This document shows, one piece after another, positions 42,884-55,700 of a DNA stretch of 64,000 nucleotides (the stretch's first letter is position 1; every line of letters starts with the position of its first letter). The translations under genes were made by a program, and so were the position numbers. A model generated the notes under the pieces. It searched no databases, was not told where the DNA came from, and worked only from the letters and a program-made list of their open reading frames with translations. The stretch comes from Camelus dromedarius (lineage: Eukaryota): assembly GCF_036321535.1 (NCBI RefSeq), contig NC_087447.1, forward strand, positions 47,866,001 through 47,930,000, read 5' to 3'.

Positions 42884-45800
42884 GGTGGGCAGAGGGCCAG
42901 TCTGTTGAGTCTTGGGAGCCAGAGCCGCCAGTAGGTGCTGATATGGGGTAAAGCCAGTGAACTCAGGCCCACTGCATTTATCCTGCGTTCATTTCTTTCC
43001 ATGGTCATTTGTCATTTATTCGTTCAGCCATCAATTGTTGAACCCCTTGATGGGCAGTAGGGACTCAGAGGGAAAGCGTGGACATTATCCCTGCTTGCCA
43101 AGAGCTCTCAAGAGGGTCCTAGCCCTCTGAAGTGAGTGGGGTCCAGTGGCTGAGCCCTGGTTTGATGGGAGAGGGACAGAAGAATCAGTGGGTCCCCTGC
43201 AGACAGGCTTGGCTTCTAGAGGCAGCTGGCTAAAAATTGGGATGAAGCAGGTCCCAAGAAGGGCAGTTGGCAGGAGACTTCAGGGCCAGGGCAAAGAGGG
43301 AAGGTAGGGGTGGGGTAGGGGGAGTCAAGTCTCTGCCAGGCTGGCCCAGTTGGACTCAAGGCAGATGGAGAGGAGCTCCCTATCCCCATGTGCTGGGAGC
43401 TCTGTGTTGGGGATTGGTGACCCTGGTGCTGTTGGACCAGAGGGCCTATCGAGTCCCTTCATGCCCTGAGGGGCCAAGGTGCTGCCCCGGAGGTGGCACC
43501 TGGAAGGCAGCATGTGGAGGGTAAGGAGTGTGGTCTGTATCCCTTCTCTCCCTGGGCTGGCTTTGGGACCCTGGGCAAGCATTTACAGACCCCTCTGAGT
43601 CCATAAAATGGGTGCATTATCCCCTCACTCCACCAAGGATTATTATTAAGATTAAATGAAATAATGCCAAGAGAGTTTGCTCAAGAAATGTTAGTTTCTC
43701 CCCTCATGACTGAGATGCTAAGATGTTAGGATTCTAAGATTCTAAGAGACACTGACTCCGAGGTGCTCAGATTCTCAGCATCTCTTTCTAGCGATGAAGC
43801 AGAGGACAAAGCTCTGGACAGGAGGGCAGGCGGAGTCCTTGGCTACATCTGGGTGGGGTCGGTGGCCCCGCAGTCTGGGCCTTTTGAGGCAGGTGGTGGG
43901 AGAGGGGCTGGGTGGTTAGGTGGAGGCGAGTGCCCACTGATCTTGCTTCTCTCTCCAGCTCCCCCTCCCATTTTGTTACCACCAGGCCCAACGTGGGAGC
44001 AGAGCAGAGTAGAAACCCCAGACCCATTGGAACCAGACTATGAAGTGGGTCTTAGTCCCCTCTGCTTCCTATTCTGGGCTCAGAGTCCCTCCAAGGCAGG
44101 GAATCTGAGGTCTGTGTGCTCCATGGGCTTTGGGATCAGATGGGTAAGGGTTGACATGTCAGACCTGACTGACTTACAGCTGAGTGATATCTAACAAGTC
44201 ACTGCACCTCAGCTCTGAGCCTGAGTTTCCTGCTCTGCAAAATGGGGATGCTAAGGAGTTACTGTGAGGGCCGAAGAGATAATGCTTGTGGAGCCATCAG
44301 CCGTGACCCCAGGTCTGGGAGCTCTCAGAAATGTGGCCACTTTAAAGTGTGTGCTTTTGAGATTGCCAGTTCAGAGTGTAGAATCTCGTGGTTTCAAGAT
44401 GAAGTCTGAGTTTTTTTTCCAGAAGCCCTACCTCTTAGCTTGATTTATTTCATGCATTTGAGATTGTTACTTCTTGGTTTTGAGATTCTGTGGCCAGGGA
44501 GAGGTGGGGTTGGTCTTGGGCCAGTGGGAGGGCAATTAGGGTACAGTGATGGTGGGGACTGTGATGGAGGGGGCCAGGCTGAGGGAGCAAGCACCAGGTT
44601 GGTGTCTGTTTCCTGTTTATTGGTTCCCAGGGGGTGAGCAGGCCCTGCTCCCGAGCAGCAGTGTGGAGCAGGAGGGAGGGAGGCCTAGGGTCCTGGCTGC
44701 CAGCCAGCCCCAAAGCAAGGCCTCCTGGGACTGCTGAGACCCCTCCCCCAAGCCCCCTTGGACAAACATCTAATCCTTTCCCAGGACAGGGCATTGGAGG
44801 TCAAGGAGCAGATGTGAAGGGAAGGGTGGAAGGACGGGAAGGGACCCCACTCCCCCCGCCCCAAATCCTACTGGCTCCATCTTTCTTGGCTGCCTGTGTC
44901 ACAGAGGTCTTGCTCCTGGTTTCTCACTGTCCCCTCTGTCTCTCTCCCTGTCTCCCTGGGTGGGGCTTGGTGATGAGACATCCAACTTCTTGGCAGGCCG
45001 GGAGGCAGGAGAAGGAAGAAGAGTGACAAGGCCTTGAATGCCAGAATGGTCCACCCAGAAAGATTCTTAGAAACCAGCATTATTCAGAGGGGAAACTGAG
45101 GCCCAGCCAGGGAAGGGGTCTTGCCCAAGGCCATACAGTAGCGGAACAGGCCCAGCAATCTGCCCTGTGCAGCTCACTGCCGGGTGTCAAGGGCCACTGG
45201 GAGTTCTTGAGAGAGGAGGAGACGTCTGTTGGGTCACTTGACATTTCAGGGAGCTGGGCTGAGCCAGGTGGAAAGGGAAGCTTTGATGTATGTATGGGGC
45301 CAAGAGGGCAGGGAGGTCTCTGTTTGGCCAGAGCACATGGGGAGAGGCTGTGTGTGCAGAAACCAGGTTGAAGGCCTCCAGTTCGAGTTAAATGGTTGGG
45401 GCTTTGTCCTGTGGACAGTGGGGAGCTATGGAAGATGAGGAGCTAAGGAGGAGCAGCGTCAGATGGGTACATTTGAAAGCATCCTCTGGTTGTGGGGGAA
45501 TGATTGGACTGGAGGGAGCTGGGAGATAAGAAGCCTGAGTTTAGAGGAGCAGGTGATACAGGGATTGAGAAAAAGACTTACTAGGGAGATAATTTGGAGG
45601 TAAAATCTGACATTTAAACTTAGTCTCAGAGGCCCTATCAGAAACCTGGGTAGGGGGAGTAGGGCCTGCCTCCCTTATTGAGGTTAGAGAGTGAGGCAGT
45701 GGGACAGGATGCAGTGTCGTCTGAGACATCCCTGCCTCAAGGCAGAACTTTTCTCTGCATTTCTGGAAGGGTGAGGGGTCTCTGAGCCAGCTCAACTCCC

Positions 45801-46464
45801 TGCCTCTGGGTCCCATATGCTTCTTGTCTAACTTCAGTCCCTCCTGCTCCAGCGGAAGTGCCCTGCTTCTCAGTAGGGTCACCAAAGAACAGCAGAGCTC
45901 CAGGCTGCACCCCTAATCCAGCCCTTCTGGGAGCAGCCTGGGTAGGGAGCATGTGCAGGAGAGGAGCAGGCCTGTGCTGTCTGGCTGGCTATGATGCAAG
46001 ACAAGGCACCTGGCCTCAGTTTCCCCATCTGTGAAGTGGGAGTTCCAGATGTGGCAGAACCCAGGAGAGGTCTGGACATGCAGGTTCTCAGGAGCTGGGG
46101 GAAGAGTAACTGGTAGATGGACAGGCAGGCAGCCTTGCTAGCAGTGCTCACAGTGGGTCCTCATGATATTTGTACCATAGACCTCAAGACAAGTGCCATT
46201 CTGTAGCCGTACAGTCCTGGAGGCCTTCCTGGAGGAGAGTAGGACAGAGGCTGTAGGGAGAGGAGTAACTCAGATTTGGGGCCTGATCCTTAGCCTCAGT
46301 TTCCTCATCAGAGGCCTATGACCCTTCTAGCTCCTTGCTACTCCTGGGCCCTCCTCTCTCCTCCTGCCTGGACCAGAGCTTCCACGCTTCTCCCCAAGGC
46401 CAGCGGGGGCGTTGCCCGGGGCGGGTGAGGAATTTCCGAGGGAACAGCTAAATTCAGCCCCTGG

Positions 46465-46474
46465 CTAAAAATAG
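46465..46474 (+). promoter_or_regulatory. MEF2 consensus site
   Basis: CTAAAAATAG, an exact match to CTA(A/T)4TAG, in a GC-rich non-repetitive patch. Confidence 0.55.
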
Positions 46475-47479
46475 TCCTGGGCCTGGCCCCAAGGCTGGAG
46501 GAGGAGGAGGAGAAGGGCCTGTGAGCAGTTCATCCCAGCCTGCACCACCTCCCCACCTGGACCCAGGGCCTGGGCTGTGAGGCCCTCCTCCTTGCACCTC
46601 TTTCTTCTGCTTACTCACGCCAGGCCTTTCCATCACAGCAGGCTCCTGGCTTTCTTCTCTTCTTCCTCTTCTGCCCTTCATCCTGCCTCCTCCCTTGGTC
46701 TTGCTCCTTCTGTCTGTCTCTTGTCTCCTCTGACCCTCTACATCTCCCTGCCTCCAACAGAGCCAGACAGAGGCCCCTGGCCAGGACCAGGCCTTTGGAA
46801 GAGGGCCCTGTATAGGGCAGTATCCCAGCCTGGGTGTCAAGAACCCTTCTCCCCTCTACTGCCCCAGGACTCAGCTATTGCAACTCTGTTCTGTTTGTGG
46901 GGGAGACAGACCTCAAAGCTCTGGGGTGTGGAGATGTGGGTGGGACCCCCGGTTTACCCTATGACCCAAAGCTTGGTTCTGGCCAAGTGGCCCCACCCAT
47001 GTGAGCCTTCCTGTTCCTGGCACACGGTGGGGCATCAAAACACATTGATTAAATAATGTGGAGGGGACTGGGGAAGGCAGGAAGAGAAGAGCTGGGCCCT
47101 GCCCTTGGGGAGTACCTAGGCTACCCTGAGCTCTTCCCACCAACCATGCCCAGCTCTGTGTGGGCTACGCCCTGCCTGAGCAACCAGGCAGTTGGGCAAA
47201 GGGTACTATCTAAGCCAGTACCAATTGGGAATGGGGGTGGGAGCTAGACCCTGAGGCCCAGAGAGGGTGAGGAGCCAAGCTCAGATCCCAGAGCCCAGAA
47301 GGAGTGAGGTGATATTGGAGCCTAGGCTGGCCTCACTCCAAGGTTGCAGGAGAGAATCTTCTCTAATGCAGAGAGGTCAGGGACGAAGCTGATGGAAAGT
47401 CTGAGGTGGTCTAGTCCACAGCACTTGCCTGAATATGGTTCAGGTCAGGGGATAGAGAGTCATCAGTCATGGTAGCAAA

Positions 47480-47690
47480 GCTCTTCCTGTGTGTCTGGCA
47501 CTGGTCTGAGTCTTTTCCACGTATTCACTCATTTAATCCTCGCAACTACCCTTAGGGAGGGACTGTTTCCTTGTTTCACAGATGAGGAAGCCAAGGCACA
47601 GCATGGTGAAGTAGCTTGCATAGGTTAGGAAAGCTAACCAGGAGTTGGAGTTCAAGCCCAGATAGTCTGGTTCCAGAATCCATGAACGTG
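47480..47690 (-). mobile_element. MIR SINE
   Basis: ctcatttaatcctcgcaactaccct...cacagatgaggaagccaaggcaca. Confidence 0.8.
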
Positions 47691-48161
47691 ACCCAGGCGC
47701 CTGGCTTTCAGGACTGCTGGGGGGGTGTCATCACCAAGGTGAGCACATGGGAAGAAAGAGCGTATTTCACTTTGGACATGGGGAACATATTTCACTCTGC
47801 TGGATTCACAGTCCACAGACCTAGTCCCGGGAACTAGCACACAGTAGTTGCTCAGTAAGTATCAGTTGAATGGCTCAGTTGACTAGGAGGGGCCCTTGAG
47901 GAGTGGAAGGAGGTGATGGTCAGGCAGAGGAAATGTTTCTTCCCGTTATGGGCCCAGGGTCCTTTCTCTTGGTGCTAGAGAACCTCTGAGGTGGGTGCTG
48001 GACTCCTGGCAGGTAGAGAAAGCTCTGGCTCAGGAGGTTGGAAGGGTGCTGAGCTGAGCTACAGGCAGGAGAAGGGGGGGGGGGTGTGGGCAGGCCAGGC
48101 AATGCTGGCGCAGTCCCGCCTGCAGTATCTGGAAAGCAGATCTCTTGGGCCATGGCCGGCG

Positions 48162-48198
48162 TGACTCAAATGGAGACAAAAAAACCTTCCATATTTGG
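48162..48198. promoter_or_regulatory. AP-1 site plus perfect CArG box (candidate SRF/AP-1 enhancer)
   Basis: TGACTCA at 48162-48168 and CCATATTTGG at 48189-48198, in non-repetitive intron sequence. Confidence 0.6.
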
Positions 48199-48587
48199 AC
48201 AAAGAGCCCAGAGAGGCCCGAACCCATAGCCAGCCCAGGCCGCCTCCCCCACCCCCGGCCTCCTGCCCTGTCTTTTCCCTCTGGGCCCCTAGCCCTAAGC
48301 CCTATCCCATGAGTTTAATTCTTGGTCTTCAGGCTGCACTATGGCCCCCTCTCCTCAGTCATCAGGCCACTTTCTGTATGGCCAGGCCTGGGCCTTGGGT
48401 GCTGGGTAAGAAACACCCAGTGTTGGTCCCTGAGCTCTGGCTGGAAATGCAAAGAGGAGCCCTGGCCAAGCCTGCAGGCTGGAGTGGGGACATACCGAAA
48501 CCAACAATTCCCATGCTGTAGGGTAAGTTGACAGTAGACCCCCACCCACCCCAACATGAGCAAAGCCTGAGGTCCACAAAACATAAG

Positions 48588-48614
48588 TGTGTGTACACAC
48601 ACACACACACACAC
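48588..48614. repeat. (GT)n(AC)n microsatellite
   Basis: gtgtgtgtacacacacacacacacacac. Confidence 0.9.
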
Positions 48615-50479
48615 GAGATCCCCAGAAGACCTCTATACCCACAAAGACATCTGGGCAGATAATCAGAGGTGAGAACCCTAGCCTGAGAACCCCTCATACT
48701 TTGCCTGGAGCAAGGTTTGATGACAGTGAAGTTGGAGTAGATATGGGCAGCCAGATGTCAACTTAACAAGTGATGTAAGCCAGCATTATCCATCTGGGGT
48801 GATGTGAACAGAGCAGTTCATCCCTGCATTGAAAGCCCTGAGTGACTGGGAAGAGGGCCTCAGCCTTCTTTTTGCCTGGAGTGGGACCTCATTCCCGGGG
48901 GGAAGCCTAGCGATCTGACTGAGGACTAAGGTGGATAACTGAACTGACTGAACAGCTACTTCTAGCTTTTCTAATTAGCCTTGGGTAATTAACTCTGGGA
49001 TCAGCCTGGGTAATGGGTTGGGAGACCCCAGGGTAACCTTTAAAATTACAATTCCACAGCCATCTGCTAGTGCCTGTGTGTGCAGGTTGAGCACATGGGC
49101 TATAGGACAAACAGGAAGGGATTCTGCCCCAGGGAGCCCCATCTAGAGCTGAGAATCAGAAGGAGGCTAAGAGGGATGAGGGTGAGAGGCTAATGTGGGG
49201 CACTGGCTGGAGCCTTGAAGAACCAGCGGGGCCCCAATAGGCAGAAATGGGGCCAGGCCCTTCAGGCAGAGAGAACCCGGAAGGCAGAGGCCTTTGATGG
49301 AAAAGCCCTGGTGTGACTGGGGTGCCACGAAAGCTCCCTGGTTTGAAGAAGTCGGGTGGGTCCTGGGGAGTCTGGAACGCCGGCACAGAAACTCTGGATT
49401 TGATCCCAGGGTAGTAATTTCCAAGCTTTTAAAAATAGTAGAACCTTTTCTTCTAGAGGAATCTTAACACAGAGCTATAAAATAGGTCAACTTGGAACCT
49501 TGTTGATTTAAGTGAAGGTGGGGGTGTGTCTGCCCTCTTGACCACATTGCCCCCCCCCCCCCCATGTACTCCATGTACTTCATGGAGACCCCTAGGACTC
49601 AGGCAGAGAATTTCTGTTTGGGGTAGAGGGGCTCTGGTGGAGGGATTAAGAGCTGGACAAGCCCCTCCTTTTAGTTTCTCTGCAGGCTCAGAAGCTCAAC
49701 CCAGCCAGGCTTCCTGGCTGTTGGGGGCCAGTTCTCCAGAGGGAGCCAGGTTGATGGAGCACTCCACCTTAGGGTTCCTATTAGCAGGTGATGCCCCGCT
49801 ACCAGCGGCCTCTAGAGCTGGGCTGAGCCCCACTTGACCAGGAGGATGAGCTGTCAGAACGGTGTGAAGACCCTGATTACCAACTGCTGCTGCCTGGGAA
49901 GGTATAGGCCCCTTGTGGGAGGTAGGAGCTGGCAGCCAGCCATGCTCCCGGAACAGGCATGCTGTCTGGTCCAGCTCAGTCACTAACCGGGAGCAGGTGA
50001 AGACAAATTCTCTAGAGATTCAGGAGTCCCATGGGCTCCTCTAGGGTGAGGTAATTTAGGTTAGAATCAGGAAGAATTCCCCAGAGTTGAGAGTGAGTAA
50101 AAGGAAGCATGAACAGTTGCTGGCAGGAGAAAGCCTGGGCTCTGAGCCTGGCGGATCCAAGGCCTCAGGACCCAGGCTTTGCCCACCTCGGGCACTGGCC
50201 TAACTTGGCCTGCCACACAGCTGAGGCTTCCAGTTCCTTGGCCACCAAAAACACGGGATGGGCAGGAAATTACCAAACGTGAAGGCCAAGAAACCAGCAG
50301 ATGCTGAGACCTAGGGTGTAAGAGAGTATGATAGGTTAGAGGAGCTACTGTGGCCAGAGCATGATGCAGCCATAGTATGACACAGGTGGGGAAATTTGAT
50401 GCTAGTGGGTCAGCAAGGGCCAGGTCACCCAGGGTGTCAGGGTCAGCCTGAGTGCTTGCATTTGATCCTGTGTCCAACT

Positions 50480-50660
50480 GCGTTGGTGTAATGGTTAGAG
50501 CACAGTGGAGCCAGACAGCTGAGGTTCAAATCCTGCTCTTCCTTTTAGCTGTGTGACCATCAGCAAGTACTTTAAACCATCTGTGGCTCAGCAGTAAAAT
50601 GGGGATAATTGTGATGGCATTTATTATAGGGTTTTGGTGAGAATTAAATGTGGTAATGCC
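50480..50660 (+). mobile_element. MIR SINE
   Basis: gtgtaatggttagagcac...ggagccagacagctgaggttcaaatcct...gctgtgtgacc...gtaaaatggggataat. Confidence 0.85.
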
Positions 50661-51689
50661 TGTAGTGGCTGGGCTGGACCACTGACCACTAGGGGTCAGT
50701 GGGAAATCATAATGTAAATTGGAAGAAGAGGGAGGGAGGTGGTCTGGCCTGGCTAAGGAGGGGTCCTAGGGTGGAGCAAATTGAATGGAGTTACCAAGAA
50801 TAGCCTAGAGAGTCATCCTTGGAGGAGGAGGGTTATACCTAGTTTCCCAAGGGAGGCTCAAAATTTCCCTTTAGGCAGCTACCCTAGGAAGGGACCTAAG
50901 GGGCTACACAGAGGTGGGGTGGGATTATGTGGGCCTGGGGCTCTGCCAGATTCTTACTGGCAAAAATCCCCACCCTTCTGTAAAGTTGCCAGTTGCCAAC
51001 CTCTCTTTATTGACATTATCTGTGGCCCAGAGAGGAGCAAGATTGCTAGTGTCACCCAGCAAGTTCCAGACCCGGGGACTTCATCCAGGCTGGGGACTCA
51101 TTTCCAAACTCTGGCTGAGTCAAAGCCCAGCCCTGAGGTCGCTCAACTTAAGGGAGGTGGGAGTGGGGGGAGTGGCCTATGAAAGAGGAATTCAACAATT
51201 CTCCAAAGAAAGGACTGGCGTGCTGAGCTACTCTGTGACTGCAAGGTAGGCAGGGAGAGCATCCTGGAGAAGCCCAGAGATGAGACTGGAATTGTCCAAG
51301 AGGTGACCAATTAGGAAACTGGAGGGAGAAAGCTAAGACCAAACTCAGGGTCCCAGAGCAGTCCCCCTTTCTTTCATTGTCTTCATTCACCTGGAGCCTC
51401 TCAAGACTTGGACCTGTATGTAGGTGGGAGCATGGGGTGATGCACAGACACTTGCACAGATAGCAACCCCAGGGGTGATCAGGGCTGGGACAGAGATGCC
51501 AGAGGCTGGGGGGGCCCAGGGGTTCCCCACCCAGGAGGGAGTGTAAAGAAGGGGTGGTTACTGAGGAAGAGGCTGAAGCGAAGCCTTTGATGGATGAGAA
51601 GGAGGATGAGGGCTGCAAAGGCTGTTCAAAGCTAATATATGAGCCGGGAGCAGACTAAGGGGCCGGACTATGAGATGAAGTTTTAAAAA

Positions 51690-52790
51690 ATTCAATCTAT
51701 ATATTTTAAAATGTTCATAGATAATATATTCATGTGGTTAAGAAAAATCAAAATGGGTAAAAAGTCTCCTTCCCCTGAGTAGCCACCTTGCCCTACCCCA
51801 GGACACTGGGTTATTAGTTCTTAGTTATTAGTGAATCCCTTTATATATAAACACCAGCAAATGCACTTTTCCCCACTTTCCGCACAGATGTGGTACACAG
51901 TCCACACTGCTCTCCACTGAGTATCACTTGCAGATCTTGCCTCATCAGTACTCCTAGAGCTTCCAGATTCCTTCTTGTACCGCGTAGTGTCTCACTGCAC
52001 AGATTACCGAACTGTATTTAACCACATATTAAAGGATATTTAGGTTATTTTCAGTCTTTTGCTGTTACAAATAGTGCTGCAGTGAACAAGCTTGTTCATA
52101 GGTTATTTTGTATGGGGGCTGGTGTATGTTTATGGCAATTTCTTAGGTGTGGAATTGCTGGGACAGAGGGTGTATGTGATTTTAATTTTGATGCTCTTCA
52201 GCGAGGTCCACCTCTGCCACACAACCTCACCAAGTCAGACCTTTCAGTGTTTTCCCAATCTGATGGATGGGCAGTGTATTTAATTTGCATTTGTCTTATA
52301 ATGAGGAAGTCTGAGCATCTTTCCACATGTCCAAGAGACATTTGAATTCTCTTTTTCTGTGAACTGTTCACATCCTCTGCCCATACTTCTATTATGTTGT
52401 TGGCCTTTTGTTTTATCAATTTCTAGAAACCTTTAAAATATTAGGAAGGTTAGTCCTTTGTCTGGGTTATGAGTTGCAGATATTTTTCTGATTTGTCACT
52501 TGACTTTTAACTTGGTTTATGGTGTATTTTTGCCATCAGAAGTTTTTATTTTTGTGTGGTCTAATTTATCAAGCTTCTATTTTATGGCTTCTGGATTTGG
52601 AGTGATGGTTAGAAAGGCCTTTCCCTCTCCAAGGTTATAAAGCAATTTTCCCAAGTTTCCTCTGGTATTTTATGCTTTCTTGTGTTTTACATTTAAATCT
52701 TCGATCCATTTGGAATTTATCCTAGTGTGTAGTGTGAGTTATGGCTCCAATTCTTTTTTTTTTTTTCTCAGATGGCTGGCATTTTAAGAT
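51690..52790 (-). mobile_element. Highly diverged antisense L1 fragment(s)
   Basis: T-rich with antisense L1 motifs (ggatatttaggttattttcagtcttttgctgttacaaatagtgctgcagtgaac, ttaatttgcatttgtctta, tttacatttaaatcttcgatccatttggaatt). Confidence 0.8.
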
Positions 52791-55700
52791 AAGGAGTGAT
52801 CTGGTCAGAATAGCATCTTTCTGGGGTGGTTATGAGGGCCATCTGGGGGAGCAAGGCTGCAGCTGTTGAGGATCAATGGCAGAGAGGTGAGAATGGCTTG
52901 GGGCAGCACCAGTATAACTTGATGGACAGTTGGAGATGGGGCACAATCTGGTGGCATAGCATTCCCAAATCCTCATCTGCGCTGTGTGACTTTGGACAAG
53001 TCCCATCCCTATCTGGGCCTAAAGTATCCATAGCTGAAGGGACTCAAGATCACCCTGATTCCCTGGATTGACTGTGAGGAAGGACTTGGCCATCAGGAGA
53101 GGGTTGCCTGAAGGCAGGGGCACAGAAGATAGCCAAGGATCTAGTCCCCACTCAGGCCTGGCTGAAATGGAGGGTGGCTGGCAGCAGAATTCACTGTGTT
53201 CCTGGAGTAGGCAGGCTGGAAGGCAAAGAGGCAAAGAGGGGTGGGCACCCATTTAAAAATACTCACTGTAGCCTGGTACTGCAGGCAGGGGTGGCGGCAG
53301 GCCATCTGCCAGCCTTCCGGATGCAGGGGTGCGGGGGGTTGCTGGGGGCAGGCACAGTGTCCCTTGTCTCAGGACTGTGGGCCCAGCCCAGCCATAGCCA
53401 TTTTTGGAGGTCCTCTTCCCACCCCCACCATGAAGCAGGCATCCTTGTCCTCTCCAGTGGAGAAACAGGGAAGCCAGAGTGTATAGACCACCCCCCAGGA
53501 TCTAGTCTTGGTATCGCCCTGGACTTGCTGTGTGATGTGGGGCAAGTCCCTGTCCCCTGGGGTCCCTATGCACCAAAGGCGCAATTGGCCTTGCTCTGTT
53601 TACTCCCCACTCCCCGCTGCAGCCCTCACCCAGATTACTGTTTGAATTAGAGCTGGAAAGAGAGATCTTGAGATCCATGCCTCTTCCTCTTTACAGATGG
53701 GGAAACTGAGTCCATGGAAGGGACCCTGACCCCCTCCTGCCTTTGCTCTTCTTGGCTTTCCTGGGCCTCTAGACTCTCCTCCCTGCCCCCAGACCGACCT
53801 GTACCAACTCCCCACCCCCACTCCTGGGCCCCATGGTCAAATTCCAGGCCTGCCATTGCCATGGCAACAGCCAGCTCACACGGCCTCTCCTCTTGGGGTT
53901 CTCCACTAGTCCAGGGAGGAGGAAAAGAGGGCCTCCTGCCCCTGGGGGACTGGAGGGGTTGGGTGTAGGGTAGGGAGGAGGTCAGACCCAGCTGATTTCT
54001 TGTTTATTTTCCAAAGGAGAAAATAGAAAAGGCACAAAGTGCTGCAGCAAATGCTCCTTGGTCATCCCAGAGACAGTAGCTGGGGACAGAGGTCATCTCC
54101 TGGGCTGGGGCCAAGAGAGCCAGCCAGAAAGCCCCTCCCAACCTTGCATCTGGAGAATCACCCCATTGAAGGGTCTAAGACCAGAGGATTTAGAATGGGA
54201 GATGGATGATCCTTTCCAAGGTCACCACCATCCAATGCTAAGGCTACCCAGGGACTGAGGGGCCCAGCCCAGCTGGGGCTTTCTCCCAAGCAGACCTGCT
54301 CCCTAGTAGACTGAGCTACCATGGTACCATTGTAGTGGGTAAGCTCCTTGAACCTGCGGGTGTGCAAGCAAAGGCTACCAAGGGATGTCTCCCCTGAGTT
54401 GGGGGGCTGGTCCAGTCGACCTCTGAGATGACCTGTCTTCTAAGGTTCTCTGGTTATACATAACAGCCAATCTTTATTGCTAGTTCTTTGTTCCAGGCAC
54501 TGTACTAAGTAAGCTCTTTGAGGCACAGATAGGGGCTTCCCAGAGGTCAGGGCAGCCATCAGTGCAGCGTGGTCTCTGGCTCTGCCCTCCTTTTTCCAGG
54601 GACCCTGCCCACCGTTAAAATTCTGGTGTGTGGTGTATTTGCCTCCAGGCTTTTCTCCTTGTATATACACATGTATATTTCATGTTGAGATGGTGCCATA
54701 TGTATGCTTCTTGCTTCTTTTATTTAATATTACACTGAACATTTCTCCATGGCATTTTAAAGAGCTGCATGAGTACACAATTCACTCCACTCTGTGGTCA
54801 TTCCACTGCTGTTTCGAAGGCAGTATGAGTGTTCTCCTTGTGCTGGGGGCCTGGGCTGCTATCTGGGTTACTCCCTTGAGCTGGGGTATCCCCTCTCCTG
54901 TACTGTGGAATAGGTGTGGATAGCCTGACTCCTTGGCCCTCTGGTGGCACAAATCCCATCTGCTGTGAGACCTTGAGCCAGGCCCTTAACTTCCCTGTGC
55001 CCATCATCCTCTTGTGTAAAGCAGAGTAATAACAGGGCCCACCCAGGAGGCTGATCTCGAGGTTAAAATAAATACCTAAGCAGTATAGTACCTGTAAGCA
55101 GTACATAGGAACCCCCTCAAGAGAGATTAACTCCTGTTTGTATGCCATTGCTCTCTTCCTGTCCTTAGGCATAGCAAGGTTAAGTGATTTACTGGATGTC
55201 CCACAGCAGGTCCAAAGCAGTTTGGTGGCAGAGGGGGGATTTGGCCCCAGGCCCACCACCTCTTAGTCTTGAAAACCTGGGCAAGTTATGGCTCCTCACT
55301 GAGTCTTGGTTTCCCCACCGAGATGCTGTGAGGATCTAATGAAATTAGGCCCTGCAAGCGTTTTTTAGACTGTGAAGTGTTGAGTGCTGCCCTTTATTGT
55401 CCATATCATGATAGCAAGCCTAGAGAGACTAAGGTTTCAAGGCTGCAACTCTAGAAGCCCAAGGAGCTCAGAGAAGGAGGGAAGTTGGCAGATCTGGTCT
55501 ATCAGGACACCTTCCTGGAAGTGGTGGCCCTAGTCCTACTGTCTTCAGAGAGTGGATCTGGCTCAGGCTGACCTTCAGCTGTGAATCTTGTTGTGGCCAC
55601 ACCACACACACACACAGAGGTAACCATGCTGCCTAGGCATTAGGGCTGATCACTAGTTGCTGATACAGTGCAATAAGGCTTAGAAACTAAGGCTGCATCT

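Noticed and set aside
50679..50702. Hairpin ccactgacc...ggtcagtgg as a pre-miRNA or terminator
   Set aside because: Only a 9-bp stem; too short for a miRNA precursor and expected by chance in 64 kb.
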